Assembly (NCBI GenBank): GCA_964016885.1
Contig: OZ024743.1
Coordinates: forward strand, 156,488,001-156,552,000
Origin: Eledone cirrhosa
Taxonomy: Eukaryota
Direction of reading: 5' to 3'
DNA: 64,000 nt
The notes below the pieces were generated by a model that searched no databases, was not told the DNA's origin, and saw only the letters and a program-made list of their open reading frames with translations. The position numbers were made by a program, and so were the translations under genes. Positions 1-12,804 of the stretch are shown one piece after another; the first letter of the stretch is position 1, and each line of letters opens with the position of its first letter.

Positions 1-781
1 ATATCCACGATGATCCAGGTAACTGTCAAACATTTCTCTGAGTCGGTGTTGTCGTTGTTCTGGTCCTAGCGGCTCGCTTTTCGGTCACTGGCTTCAATTT
101 GCATAGCTGTCTAAACGTAATATTATAACTCTATGGTAAACTTACGTATTGAGTGTTTTTGGCTGCACTTCCGGACAGCATCCGTTAGCTTGCCCGCAAC
201 CAGAGCTTCGATCATGCTGTACTACATTCTTGTATTATTATCTCTTAGATTTAATGATTAATTGATTAATTTAATTAGACAATACTATTGATTGGTTAAT
301 TGTTTATGTTTGTTTAATAACATCTAGATGAGAGCTTTCATTCGGTTTCTGTAAAGGATTGAATTCCTTTGTTCAAATTTGTTATTTGACCGCCAAAAGC
401 GGGGTTACCTCCCTTAGGAGAAACCTCGTGACTACTAGAAGTGCTTACTACTAGTTCTTGCAACCGGAGGAGGGAAAACGAAAACTTGTTGAAGTAAATT
501 CCACTGTTCCATCTTCCAAAGCCCAATTAACTTGCAGGCCCCTGCAAATGGATTTTGTTGATTTCGGATTTACAGAAAGCAAGTGGAGTTGTTATACACT
601 TTTATGTTTATATATCCATGATGGTCCAGGAAACAGTCAAACTTTTCCCTGAGTCTGATTTTTCGTTGTTTTGGTCCTAGCGGCTCGCTTTTCGGTCCCT
701 GGTTTCAATTTGCATAGCTGTCTAAACGTAATGTTATAACTCTAAGGTAAAATTCCTTATTGAGTGCTTTTGGCTCCACTT
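1..781. repeat. ~170-bp diverged direct repeat (1-170 and 612-781), probably tandem pseudo-LTR-like units
   Basis: ATATCCAYGATG..CCAGG..AC.GTCAAAC...TGGTCCTAGCGGCTCGCTTTTCGGTC...TTCAATTTGCATAGCTGTCTAAACGTAA occurs twice, ~611 bp apart. Confidence 0.85.
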
Positions 782-806
782 ATTTACAAACAAGGTTTAT
801 GGAGTG

Positions 807-999
807 AAAAGAAAAAAGAAAAAAGAAAAAAAGAAAAAAGAAAAAAGAAAAAAGAAAAAAGAAAAAAGAAAAAAGAAAAAAGAAAAAAGAAAAAAAGAAA
901 AAAAGAAAAAAGAAAAAAGAAAAAAATCAAAAAAGATAAAAGAAAAAAGAAAAAAGAAAAAAAGAAAAAAGAAAAAAGAAAAAAGAAAAAAGAAAAAAA
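807..999 (+). repeat. Polypurine (A5-7G)n microsatellite
   Basis: Seen directly; it explains the poly-K/R/E and poly-F ORFs. Confidence 0.95.
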
Positions 1000-1029
1000 A
1001 CAAAAAACGGACATGGTGTAGGGCATAAA

Positions 1030-1455
1030 ATGTCAATGTGAAAGACAAAATAATATTATTTACAGGTATAGTTCTTGAAGTTAAGCAGATCAAAATGTGT
1101 TAATATAGCAAGAGTGCTTAGTTGATCCATGATTCCATGATGGAGGCAAATGGTGGACTGAGGTTTAATATGATTTCCCTTTTTAGAGAGGTAATATGCA
1201 GGCGGAGGCAATTCTTGCTGGATGATATTTAATTTATTTAAGAAAAAGAATTAGGTAGCGTGTGAGGGAGGTAACTCTTGTAAATGTTTGATTGTTTGTT
1301 GCAGTTATTAGTTTGGTCCTATTTTCAGTGCATTAAGAAGAGGTTGGAATTTGTTAATGAAATATGTTTCCTTATTGGTACGATGCTCTACATCACGCCC
1401 GTTTTTTTTTCTTTTTTCTTTTTTATTTTCACTCCATAAACCTTGTTTGTAAATA
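1030..1455 (-). mobile_element. Penelope-like element fragment (C-terminal end of GIY-YIG plus 3' region), bracketed by an inverted repeat (781-1027 / 1383-1455)
   Basis: Minus-strand KETYFINKFQPLLN matches the PLE endonuclease terminal motif E..FI.KF.P.LN; TATTTACAAACAAGGTTTATGGAGTGAAAA is present in both orientations. Confidence 0.65.
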
Positions 1456-1695
1456 ACATTATTCTTTCTGCACCTTCTCTTTAACATGAGCGACACCACA
1501 CTAATACATATCACTATCATTTGATAATGCATAAAAATGCTGAAACCGGTAATAGACGAGTATTACATATATAATAGATAAATAATTGCCATTGGTAAAT
1601 AATAAATAAATCAACTAATACCTTAACATTTCACACAACGTAAAACATTTCGTTTTAATCATTTTCTAACCCAGAAATCGTCTCTTCCTCCCTGT

Positions 1696-1735
<40 letters not shown>

Positions 1736-2020
1736 GATATTAAACAAATGGAAACTATATTTATAAAACCATATTTATTTCGTTATATATATTTCTGGGA
1801 TATCATATTAAAAATATGGTATGCCTTCCTCAGACAAAATACAATACATAAGCTGTTTTATAAATAATTTTGACATACCTTATAATAATGCAACTTCCAT
1901 TTAAAAAGTTGATTTGGTGTTTAATATCGTAAACCTACTCCAGAAACTGTTGAGTGCTTTTATATCAGTTATAAAATATTTATTTACTCGTTGTAACCCA
2001 ACAATTTTAAATAAAACGTT

Positions 2021-2078
<58 letters not shown>

Positions 2079-2105
2079 CTAACTCGTATGCTTCCTCTCC
2101 ACATT

Positions 2106-2175
<70 letters not shown>

Positions 2176-2661
2176 CGTTGCTGAAACCGGGGAGACCTCA
2201 AATATGGGTAGTATTCTATACGTAGAAAGAAGCAGAATGTGTATAAATGCAGATAAAAACCACCCGAATGCCTAGCGGTATCAGTTTGTATTTTTTCGCC
2301 TTTTTTTAATACCTCGCGCATTGTCTACTCCCTCCTAATTTTTCTATATGTATATTTTACTGACCTAGTGTGCATTGGAATGAACGGTACAATCTTGTTT
2401 AATGAAACCGTAGTGATTTCCAGAGAACTGTGGCGATGGGACAGATTGTTATCTCTTGTTTTTCTTTCCCCCATGTTATATATTCTGTGTGCCTTTTATT
2501 TTGATTATATATATATATGCAAGTGGGTTCGAATGTATGATTTATGTATATATTTATATATTTGTATATATTTGTAAATATGTATATATTTATATATTTA
2601 TATATATATATATATAAATGTATGTGTGTGTGTGTGTGTGTATCTATGTATATACATATAT

Positions 2662-2865
2662 AACGAAGGAAATGTAGTAATGAATCAGATAGACCATAAC
2701 GCACCAAAGTACTCAATACTTAGGGTAGTATAGTGGGTAATAGGAACAAGTAGGACGCCGACGGCTGAGCTCAAGCCGTTTCGACGCCTAAATCTGGACT
2801 CAATTAGCCGTCCAGAATTAGCCGTCGAACGGCTTGAGCTCAGCCGTCGGGGTCCTACTTGTTCC

Positions 2866-2866
<1 letters not shown>
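2662..2866 (+). mobile_element. ~200-bp (TA)n-associated fold-back element, copy 1
   Basis: AACGAAGGA...CGCACCAAAGTACTCAATACTTAGGGTAGTA head, then a hairpin with ~59-bp arms (2740-2799 / 2810-2868); flanked by TA repeats. Confidence 0.85.
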
Positions 2867-2896
<30 letters not shown>

Positions 2897-2920
2897 ATGT
2901 GTATATATTTATATTTATTT

Positions 2921-3112
2921 AAGGAAGGAGTTGTGGTAAGGAACCAGATGGACCATAACGCACCAGAGTACTCAATACTTAGGGTAGTAGAATGGGTAAT
3001 AGGAGAAAGTATGACCCCGACTGCAGAGCTCAAGTTGTTTCGACGGCTATTTCAGTCCAGAAATAGCCAACGAAACGGCTTGAGAGTTGCTGTTGGGATC
3101 ATACTTTCTCGT
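2921..3112 (+). mobile_element. Fold-back element, copy 2
   Basis: Same head; arms GGAGAAAGTATGAC.../...GATCATACTTTCTC. Confidence 0.85.
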
Positions 3113-3156
3113 ATATATTTATATATATATATATATTTTGCTTATGTATATATATA

Positions 3157-3453
<297 letters not shown>

Positions 3454-4235
3454 AGAGGAATATATGTATTCTCAGATTGTTGTAACTAAAGTAAAATGAG
3501 ATACAATAATGACCATATGTGTAATGTAAATATACGTCTACTTAAGATAAGTTGGAGGAAACTGGACGACGCTGTTGACACATAAAACAGGGGATAAACA
3601 GTAGATGATGTGAAGTATTGCAATAAAAACATTCATGATAACAATAATAACAATAAATCCAATGTTAATGGTAACAAGAACGAGAGCAAATTACACCTCA
3701 AGAACAGTATTAAAAATATAGTTATAGAATTAGGTCTAAGAATAACAGAAAACTCGAAAATATCTACAACCATAGTAATAGCAACAAAGAAAATATCAAA
3801 AGTAAAAACTGTATAGCAGTAAAAATGACTATTAACCACACAAGTATATTGATAAAGTGATTAAAAAATAATAATGTTGTACAAATATTAAATTGCAACA
3901 TACTTTAAAATAACTATAGTATGAAGAACAACAATGACATCAGCAACACCGTTAACTCTAACAAAAATATCTTAACATCCAACAATACATGGAAAAAATA
4001 TTCGAATAAAGATATCACTCTTAACAACGGAGAAGAAAACCAATCATAACAACTTCATTATTCATAGCAGGAGCACAAACAAAGCAATTCTATTACTAAA
4101 TCTGAAATATAAATAAATATGAGTAACATATTCAAGAGCTAAAATATCTGTAACAACAATGTCAACAAGAGTCTCAATAACAACTCATTAGACTATAATT
4201 ATGATTTTCTTTTCAAATTTTACCCCTATCAAAAA

Positions 4236-4894
4236 TTACGAGATGGTGTAGATATTACAACATGAATACTGTAACATATTTTCAAAACGAGAACTATATC
4301 GCGTTTGGACCGGGAAAGTACCACCTGGTATAATAAGAGAATGCGACAGATCCCAAATTATTCTTAATCCTATGACCATCGGCTTGTGTCTAAAAGCAGG
4401 ACTCTCACTCAATAGGGTCCAAAACACTGGTTTTCCATAGCTGAAAAGGAAATGCATAACTTCGATGACCAAATGAAAAAGACTTTACACCAACACCATG
4501 GGCAAAATAGACGTTTCTGTAAGAATATCATAGTCCTCAAGCAAGAAGCTGATCGGTTGATACGCATTGCTCTTCTGCATCTCCCTGAGAGTGATATCAC
4601 TCATGGCCACCAACATGTTAAAAACAAAGTCATCTTCGCGCCATGTCTCATTAAAGAAGTAGTTGCGGACACTAATCATTAGACATCATCCTAGGTTTTG
4701 TGTTTAACAGTACATGTTCAGCATTAATATATTCGAGTCCACTGCCCAAATATTGCTCAGAATATGACCAGTTGAATGATTACTCTATACGAAAGCTGGA
4801 ATAGTATGCACTCCAATATTAAACTGGTTAAACAAGTATATTATAATAGAGGCAATGAAGTCATTCAGTTGCCGTGAATAAACTTTTAGAAAAC

Positions 4895-4962
<68 letters not shown>

Positions 4963-5470
4963 TGGTGGTAGGGATAGAGGGGTGGAATGAGTGTATCTTT
5001 CCCTCAAGGCACTTTGAGTCTGATCATTCAAATTGTTACATCTTACCAGTTATTATCTTCCAGGTCGGTTTTGAATCGCTCCTCCATTACTATAACAGCA
5101 TCAGTGTACGTCGGAACGGCTTGTTTGCGTATCCATTTACAATGTATGGCAGAAATACCTAAAGCGGTGGTGGGCAACTCTGACTAAAATGCCGACGATA
5201 TAAATCAATGTCCTTGCTCATTGACCTCAATATATAAATCTACGTTCACCTGTGTTGATTTCTTGGATTGTGAATAAGATCTACATACGTTATACCCTTC
5301 TATAATGAAGTTTGCATTCACCGTCTCAAAGAAGGCTACTGCACTTGGTCACAGGATAAATGGTCAAAGTCGATGAATTCCTCACATATCTTCGCAGGTG
5401 TTCATCAATATTTGGAGGTCTAACCCATATTCCAATTAACTTAATATTTAAAACAAATGTATTATACCAG
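4236..5470 (-). pseudogene. Candidate decayed two-exon coding remnant of unknown family (exons ~5470-5047 and ~4795-4236)
   Basis: TTGTTTAG| acceptor, |GTAAGA donor and TTCCAG| acceptor with matching phase 2. ORFs 4485-4679 and 4236-4472 share one frame separated by a single TAA. No TE motif recognised. Confidence 0.35.
4890..4960. repeat. (GA)n microsatellite
   Basis: Seen directly. Confidence 0.95.
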
Positions 5471-5889
5471 CTAAACAACGTTATCGGAAATACACATAAG
5501 TGCAAAATATTAACATTATTCTTTTCTAAAAAATAATAACAGTTCCATTTAATATAGTAGATAGCAATTCTCCTATGAAAGCTGATGTGGATGACGTGAA
5601 ATATGCAAACATATCTACAAGCATGAAAGTAGTTAAAGGTGAGTGGGTCTACGTTCTTTCCACGTCTTAGAATTAGCTGGAAACATGCATTCAAGTAAAT
5701 TTGTCATATTACAAATAATATAGAAACATCACATAATGGACAATTCTCACAAAAATATATTTAAAAAAGTACTGGGAAATAATGAATGGATGATATTTCA
5801 GCTTACGTTTGATCGATAGGCGATACACAAAAATACACAATATATAAAAGCTATTATCAAGGTCACCCTTATCCTACTATATATAGATA

Positions 5890-5995
5890 TAAAAATAACA
5901 GATTAAAGTTTAAACAAAGAATCGCTGCTTTCACCCTTAACGGGATCTTCTGAAGCTCTTTGGATTTTTAGTCTTCCAATTTATTATCATTACTA
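5890..5995 (-). mobile_element. PLE pseudo-LTR fragment with variant hammerhead-like motif; second copy at ~11000-11065
   Basis: ACAGATTAAAGTTTAA.CAAAGAATCGCTGCTTTCACCCTTAACGGGATCTTCTGAA occurs at both sites; the minus strand reads CAGAAGA-TCCC GTTAA GGGT-GAAA. Confidence 0.55.
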
Positions 5996-6018
5996 TATAT
6001 ATATATATATATATATAT

Positions 6019-6145
6019 AACGAAGGAAATGTGGTAAGGAACCAGATGGACTAGAACGCACCAAAGTACTCAATACTTAGGGTAGTAGGAACGAGTAGCA
6101 CCCCGACGGCTGAGCTGAAGCCGTTTCGACGGCTAATTCTGGACT
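6019..6145 (+). mobile_element. Fold-back element, copy 4 (head plus one arm only)
   Basis: Same head and first arm, ending at CTGGACT, then running into the 3' region of the PLE at 6150-8060. Confidence 0.8.
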
Positions 6146-6149
6146 AAAT

Positions 6150-8060
6150 GAACATTTTATCCTGGTAAATGAATAGCCGAACTTCTCAGGGGGTAATTCC
6201 ATATATGGTAAAAGTAATTGTCACAACGTTTGGTCAAAAGTTTGTTGTTGAAACACATGATTCTATCGTGGGATTTTGTGGAAGGTAGGTGTAGTTGAAC
6301 TTGCCAGTAGAAGAAAGAGGGAGAGGGAGTGTAGGAAACCCAGTCGAGCGTTGAAAGTGACAACTACAGCAGATTCTAAGGATAGAAGGTCGAAAAAAGT
6401 ATACTAGAGAAGAGGAGCGGGGAGGAAGTCGAAACAATAAGTAAATCTATATGGAGTAAATATATAGAAACATAAAAAATATTAAAAATATAAAAAAAAA
6501 CAATTTCTGGTTACTATTCCTCTTCCACAATCATCAAATCTCTCACTGGTACTGCTAAGCTATAGAAAAGTTTAATAGATGGGACGAAATACTAAATACG
6601 AGATTGTAGTGAAATAATTTTATGAGTTAGTAGTAATCGGCCAAATCTATCTTACAATGACAGGTCAACAAGTAGGGGGCCAAAATACTATAAAAAAAAC
6701 TAATACGAAATAATAATTCAGAATCCCGAAACAAGAATACTAATACGATATATATAAGTACTGCTACACTACATACATTCTAATACAAATTACATAAATA
6801 CTCATACATAAATATAAAAAAAACTAATACAATATATATAAATACTGCGACTGCGTCAATACATACATTCTAATCCAATCTACATAAATGCTCGTACAAT
6901 ATATATGAAAAACTAATACGAAAAATTAATTCAGAATCCCCCCCCCCCAAAAAAAAAAAAATTAATAAATACTGATAAACGAGAAATTAAAGCAGAAATA
7001 CCACTAAGAAATGTAGAAATCACGGAAATGGGGCAGCAATCAGAGAAGGAAGCAAGTATCTGGGGTCTAGCGCATCTGCTATAATAAGCGGAATCGGAAA
7101 ATTCTATCATAGAATAAGGGTGGGTGGGGGGTACTGAGGCTACAGAGGACCGAAGATCTACCTCGGGTGGGCGCTAAGGTGAAAAGAACGACGATAAAGA
7201 AGGAGGACTAGGAAGGGATGGGGGAAGAAGGAAATACAGAGGAAACGATAAAAAATATAAAAGAAAATCTATATAAAAAAGTTACGTCTACCTTTGTAAG
7301 CAGTGGTTACCAATTACAAAGTCGGCAAGGGGGGTATTTCAGCCCTTGTCTACCCCCCCCCCCTGGTCATTATGGGGTTTGAGGGCGAGGTAAGTCCTAG
7401 GCAATCTGTGTTTGCATGCAGTTACCAGTTCGTCTTTCATGTTTAGGTGTTGATCCGTCGAAAACAACATTTGTAATGTTTCCTCCGAGCATAAGTTACA
7501 CGGACGGCGTCCTCCCATGTAAGTGTTGACTCTGGACAGTAAGCAGCAAGTGAGATTATAGGTTATATTGTTATCTTGAAGTCCCAGATGTGGCCCGAAA
7601 GTGTAGTGGCGTGACGCCGGGCCGGGTTTCGGAAAGTATGTCTGTGTTGGTATAGCTGGATCTTGAAGTCACAAGCGGTTAATACTATATAAGCTTTGTT
7701 GGAGGTGTCCGTCGTCACGTTGCACTTGTAGATCACATTACGATCTCTGTATCTGTTGTCGAGGGGACAAAGGGATCAATCAGGACAGTTACACCTCCTG
7801 GTCGGCTCTCCACTGCTATCTAGGTTATTTCTTAAATAGGGGTTGAGTTTTTTGTTGTTAGCGGAGACGATGTTTTGTGCAAAGTTAGGTGTGGTGCTGT
7901 AGGAGCGTTTGATGGTATTTTTGTTGATTTTGTTGTGGTAGCGGTGTTGTAGTGGGAAGTGTTTTTCGATGAGCCTAAAGAAGATTTTCCCAATATGTGT
8001 TGTCACCTCACCGTTGTGGGGGGGGGGGGGGGGATTGAACCATGTTACGTTGCGTGAGCG
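6150..8060 (-). mobile_element. 5'-truncated Penelope-like retroelement (linker + GIY-YIG at ~7400-8060, then 3' UTR/pLTR)
   Basis: TTHIGKIFFRLIEKHFP..H....NKNTIKRSYS..CNC...CPL...NVIYKC.V....KAYI...FK...QHRHTF...TTLSGHIW; contains stops and frameshifts. Confidence 0.9.
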
Positions 8061-8289
8061 GCGGTGTGCCTGCTGGTTCCGCTAATGGAATCTGGACAAT
8101 ACGAAAGTTCCTCTCGGAAGCCACTCCGCTTGAGGGCCTGGTTGTAATAAGGCGCATGTTCCTCCACATTAACGGCATAAGGAAATTATATACTATGTAT
8201 AAGAAAATATTAACAGCATAAAGAAAGACTATACTATGCATAGGGAAAGTATATACTTTCAGACGTTAAATCATCTGGCAGGAAGGTAT

Positions 8290-8332
8290 ACGTTGCTAAC
8301 GATAGCTAATAAGCTTGAAACTAGTACAGCGT
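8290..8332 (+). ncRNA. Minimal type I hammerhead ribozyme motif (one core substitution)
   Basis: ACGTTG-CTAACGA-TAGCTAATAAGCTT-GAAA-CTAGTA-CAGCGT: 6-bp stem I, stem II AGC/GCT, palindromic ACTAGT, GUA site; core is CUAACGA rather than CUGANGA. Confidence 0.7.
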
Positions 8333-8589
8333 TCCTTTGTCAGTGTTGAACAAACGAGCAACGATGGTTGCTAGACACTACGGCTTAATACGGGATGTTT
8401 GTTTACAAACACACCGAGCATTATAATAAATGTTCGGTGAATCCATACGTACACATATATATGTGTGCATGTATGTAAATATACATACTACTGTACGTCT
8501 GTATACATATGTGTATGTACGTATACATACTTATATTTAAGTAACAACCGTACTAAGAGTGGGAAATGAAATTTCATCTTTTTCGGTCC

Positions 8590-9468
8590 AGAATATTAAA
8601 TTTTAAGTGTTAATTGAACAAGTACGTTCATGATTTCGCAATCTTCAGGTTCATATTATGTGGTGACAGTCAAGTTTGCAATTTTCAACTGTAATGAGCT
8701 GGGTAAATTTCGTGCCTTCTATACAGTAAAAAGCAGCTACAGAATGCTAAGTTTTGCGAACTGTATTTCGATCAATCGGTCTTTAGTTTCACTGGATTAC
8801 TAAAGCTGATTGGTTTAGGACTCAGGGTTGGTTGAGCATGTCTAACGACTTCTATTTGAGCCTATCCGTAGCATCAATTATTTTGCTATTTTTAGAAATG
8901 AGGAAAATATCATTTTCTAGGGTTTTTTATAAACAATGTTCAATAATCATCACCATCAACATCACTTTTATTATTATTATTGTTGTTTTTGTTAGTGGTG
9001 GTAGTCGACATAGTCGTAGGTGTAGTCATAGTAGGAGTAATACACCTAAGCCTTATTATTGTTCATTTAGCTTGGGTTGGAATTTATCAATAACATTCAT
9101 TTATTTAATTTTTCTCTTGATTTCACTTGGGCTGTGTAATTTGTAGAATGGAAATATTATAAATATTTTGTGACCACATGTTGTTAGATGGTTACTCAGG
9201 GGTATCTGACGGACATTTGGGTCTCTGATTTGCTGTCGGTGCACCCGTGCACGTTCCGATAGTGCATTTCCAGTTTGGCCGACATATAGTTCTTCACAAT
9301 TCGGGCATTTAATGCAGTAAATTAGATTTCTCCCATGCAGTTGATATTTGCATTTGGGAATATCTTTCCAGTTTTTGTCATATATTGACCGGGGTGTATG
9401 GATTGACATGTGCCACATCGACTATCATTGCATTTAGATACAGTGAATGCTTGGACTTTGTTGTTAAG
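8590..9468 (-). mobile_element. Inverted copy of the PLE endonuclease + pLTR
   Basis: ORF 9101-9418: NLIYCIKCPNCEELYVGQTGNALSERARVHRQQI (GIY-YIG); reverse complement of ~9860-10740. Confidence 0.92.
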
Positions 9469-10740
9469 CTCATACAAAACGCAACATCCCACACTGCCTA
9501 GCCAGAATAATTTTTACCATTGTAGAAGATACGAATACCAGGAACAAACGTCTAACAGAATTGAGAGAAATTTTGCTCAAACAAAAATAGCCATCTCTAC
9601 TTATAGACAATGGAATACAGCGGGCTATAAAAATACCTATACAACAACCTAGCAAGACGAATCCAAGAACTGGTCATACCGTTTATAATGACACACAACC
9701 CGTCTCACCAGAATATCTTCAACACTGCCAAAGCAAACCTACCGATCATTGCTCAAAGAAATGAATTAAAATGTTTAATCACAGCTCGATCTTTGACTCT
9801 TAGTAAAAGACAGCCGAAAAATTTGAAGCAATTACTAACAAAGAAAAGTTTGACCATAACAAAAAAAACAATTATTCACGGTATCTAAATGCAATGATAG
9901 TCGATGTGGCACATGTCAATCCATACACACCGTTCAATATATGACACAAAAACTGGAAAAATATTCCCAAATGCAAATATCAATTGCATGGGAGAAATCT
10001 AATTTAATGCATTAAATGCCCGAGTTGTGAAGAAGTATATATCGGCCAAACTGGATTGCACTATCGGAACGTGCACGGGTGAACCGACAGCAAATCAGAG
10101 ACCCAAAAGTACGTCAGATACCCCTGAGTAACCATCTAGCAACATGTGGTCAGAAAATATTTATAATATTTCCATTCTACAAATTACACAGCCCAAGTGA
10201 AATCGTGAAATCAAGAGAAAAATCAAAGAAAAGAATGTTATTGATAAATTCCAACCCAAGCTAAAAGAACAATAATAATAGGATATTACTCATACTATGA
10301 CTATGACTACGACCATGTCGACTACTACCACTAAAGACACCAACAACAATAATAATAATAAAAGTGATGTTGGTGGTGATGATTACTGAAGATATGTTTA
10401 CAAAAACCGTAGAAAATGCTATTTTCATCATTTCTAAAAATAGTAAAATAGTTGATGCTTCGGATAGGTTCAAATAGAAGTCGTTAGACATGCTCAACCA
10501 ACCCTGAGTCCTAAACCAATCAGCTTTAGTAATCCAGTGAAACTAAAGACCGATTGATCGAAATACAGTTCGCAAAACTTAGCATTCTGTAGCCGCTTTT
10601 TACTGTATAGAAGGCACGAAATTTGCCCATCTCATTACAGTTGAACATTGCAAACTTGACTGTCACCACAGAATATGAACCTGAAGATTGCGAAAGCATG
10701 AAAGTACATGTTCAATTAACAATTAACATGTAAAATTCTA
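9469..10740 (+). mobile_element. Penelope-like element (Neptune-type architecture): RT thumb, Cys linker, GIY-YIG, pLTR
   Basis: HTKRNIPHCLARII....RLTELREIL; THNP; KRQPKNLKQLLT; C...RCGTC; IKCPSCEEVYIGQTG; INKFQPKL. Confidence 0.92.
10676..10714 (+). ncRNA. Minimal hammerhead motif in pLTR; sister copy at 8615-8653 (-)
   Basis: TGAAC-CTGAAGA-TTGC GAAA GCAT-GAAA-GTACAT-GTTCA; stem I TGAAC/GTTCA. Confidence 0.7.
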
Positions 10741-10865
10741 GCATACTATCTCATTATAATATCATTATAATTTTAAAGGATTTTAAATAAAACGAGTATA
10801 TCAGGCAAAGTTGTAATTCCTTTTATTAATATAATCTTCTATACTCAATCATACACACCCGTGTA

Positions 10866-10908
<43 letters not shown>

Positions 10909-11147
10909 ATAATAGTAAATTTGGAGATTAAAATCCAAAGAGGGCTCGATAAGGAAAGATATATATGAAATATATAAGAACCGCATAGCAAATATTTATT
11001 AAAATGACAGATTAAAGTTTAAGCAAAGAATCGCTGCTTTCACCCTTAACGGGATCTTCTGAAACTCAAAAATTCAATCTGTGAACGCCGAAGTAAATAT
11101 TTCAAAAAACTTTGCAACCGAAGGAAGACAGGAAGACGGTACTTTGG

Positions 11148-11460
11148 TTAGTGGAAACGTTCTCTGGCAAATAACGGATAAAGACAAAGATAAACGTCAT
11201 AATTTGGAGCGGTGAAAACAATTACACGCAAAGCGGCGAAAACAATTACCCGCAAAGCGGTGAAAACAATTACCACGTTTATGGTATAATTGAAGTCGTA
11301 GACTAATATTCTATTAGGTGGTTCGTGGAGACGTTCTCTGGCAATGAACGGAAAGTAATACGAAGAAAATACCTCATTATGTGGATCGTTGAGAACAATT
11401 ACACGCAAAGTCAATACAACTATATGGTATAACTGAAGTCGTAGACTAAAATTCTATTAG
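11148..11460. repeat. Nested tandem repeats: 24-bp unit x3 inside a ~145-175-bp duplication
   Basis: GCGGTGAAAACAATTACACGCAAA x3; ATGGTATAA.TGAAGTCGTAGACTAA.ATTCTATTAGG x2; GTGGA.ACGTTCTCTGGCAA x2. Confidence 0.8.
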
Positions 11461-12469
11461 GAAACCGAATGATCCCGGCTTCAGAGTTAAGAATAAAGTA
11501 AATAAATTATAGAGGTAATTGAAATTATATATATACATGCACGCAACCATATACGTACATACACAAGCATACGCGAAAACACCCGCAATAGGTATGCCGA
11601 TACGAGCATGTACAAAAAAAAAGAAAAGAACACGCACGCACATACAGACCCCACGCAACGCCTGTACCCGCACGCATACAAACATATTCACTAAATACAC
11701 ATAAAAATATGTGTGTGTGTGTATACATATAATTATGTATACATATATGTGTGGGTGTATACATATATGTGTGCGTGTATACATATCATTATATAAACGT
11801 ATAGAAATATACACACATAAATATGTATAAACGCGCTCACACACATACCACCTGTAAATACACATATGTACGCAGACTACGTCAACCAAAACACAAAGTA
11901 CACATATACACACACCCTACACACATACGAACCCGCATACTCACACATACGCAAAACTCACGTATACGCATAACCATATGCACATGTACCAGTATATATA
12001 ATATATACGCCATAACATATACAATCAAATATACGTACGAGAAAGTGTACGTTACTTCACAAAACATACAAGTAAAATATACTTACCTATACAAATAAGT
12101 AATGGTATAAACATAACATATGCTTAGTTACCACATCAAGACGTAAAATATCCGCGTATATTTCGTACTATATGTTAGGGTATAATGTGGGGCTGTAATA
12201 CAGGAAGGTTTTGTGCAATTTATGTTTACAAGCCGAAATTGCCTCAGATTTTTTATTTAAGATGTGATCTTTTGCGTAGAGTATTTCCAGGGCCTCATAA
12301 CCTTATATCCTTATATCAACATACTTCGTGCTTACAAGCACACAAACACTCTTTTACATACATACACAGACACATATCTTCTAGGCTTCGTACGGATTAA
12401 TAATAACACACACACATACAGACAAGTATAGCTCTTTATTCAAAATTATTTTTTGTTCCATTTTGGGTA

Positions 12470-12755
12470 TCTACTTTTTAAAAAAAAACCCAGATCATTC
12501 ACAAAACGCCAGTATCAAGGGTTTTCCCAAAGATGTCAACATGTAATGGATCTATTATTTCTATTTAAAGACATTTTTCCCAATTCCATCCCGACCGTCC
12601 GTTCAATCTATTTTATTTCTCATTATTTCATCTGATGAAGGACTAGGGTCCGAAGCCTTAAGAACCGCTATCTTCCTGCTACTTCAAGCCTTATATTCCT
12701 TCCATATACTATGGCGATTGTGTTATTATTTCTGTTTACCTTTTACATACATATT

Positions 12756-12804
<49 letters not shown>

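Noticed and set aside
764-1093. Lys/Arg-rich and Phe-rich ORFs
   Set aside because: Translations of a polypurine microsatellite.
4485-4487. A-to-I editing rescue of the in-frame stop to Trp
   Set aside because: Would need double editing of UAA and cannot fix the neighbouring frameshifts; no support from DNA alone.
9101-10264. Selenocysteine-containing Naiad-type PLE
   Set aside because: The endonuclease is C-terminal to the RT, the Cys codons are ordinary, and stops look like random decay.
11205-11415. CRISPR-like 24-bp repeats
   Set aside because: Directly tandem with no unique spacers, no cas genes, eukaryotic context.
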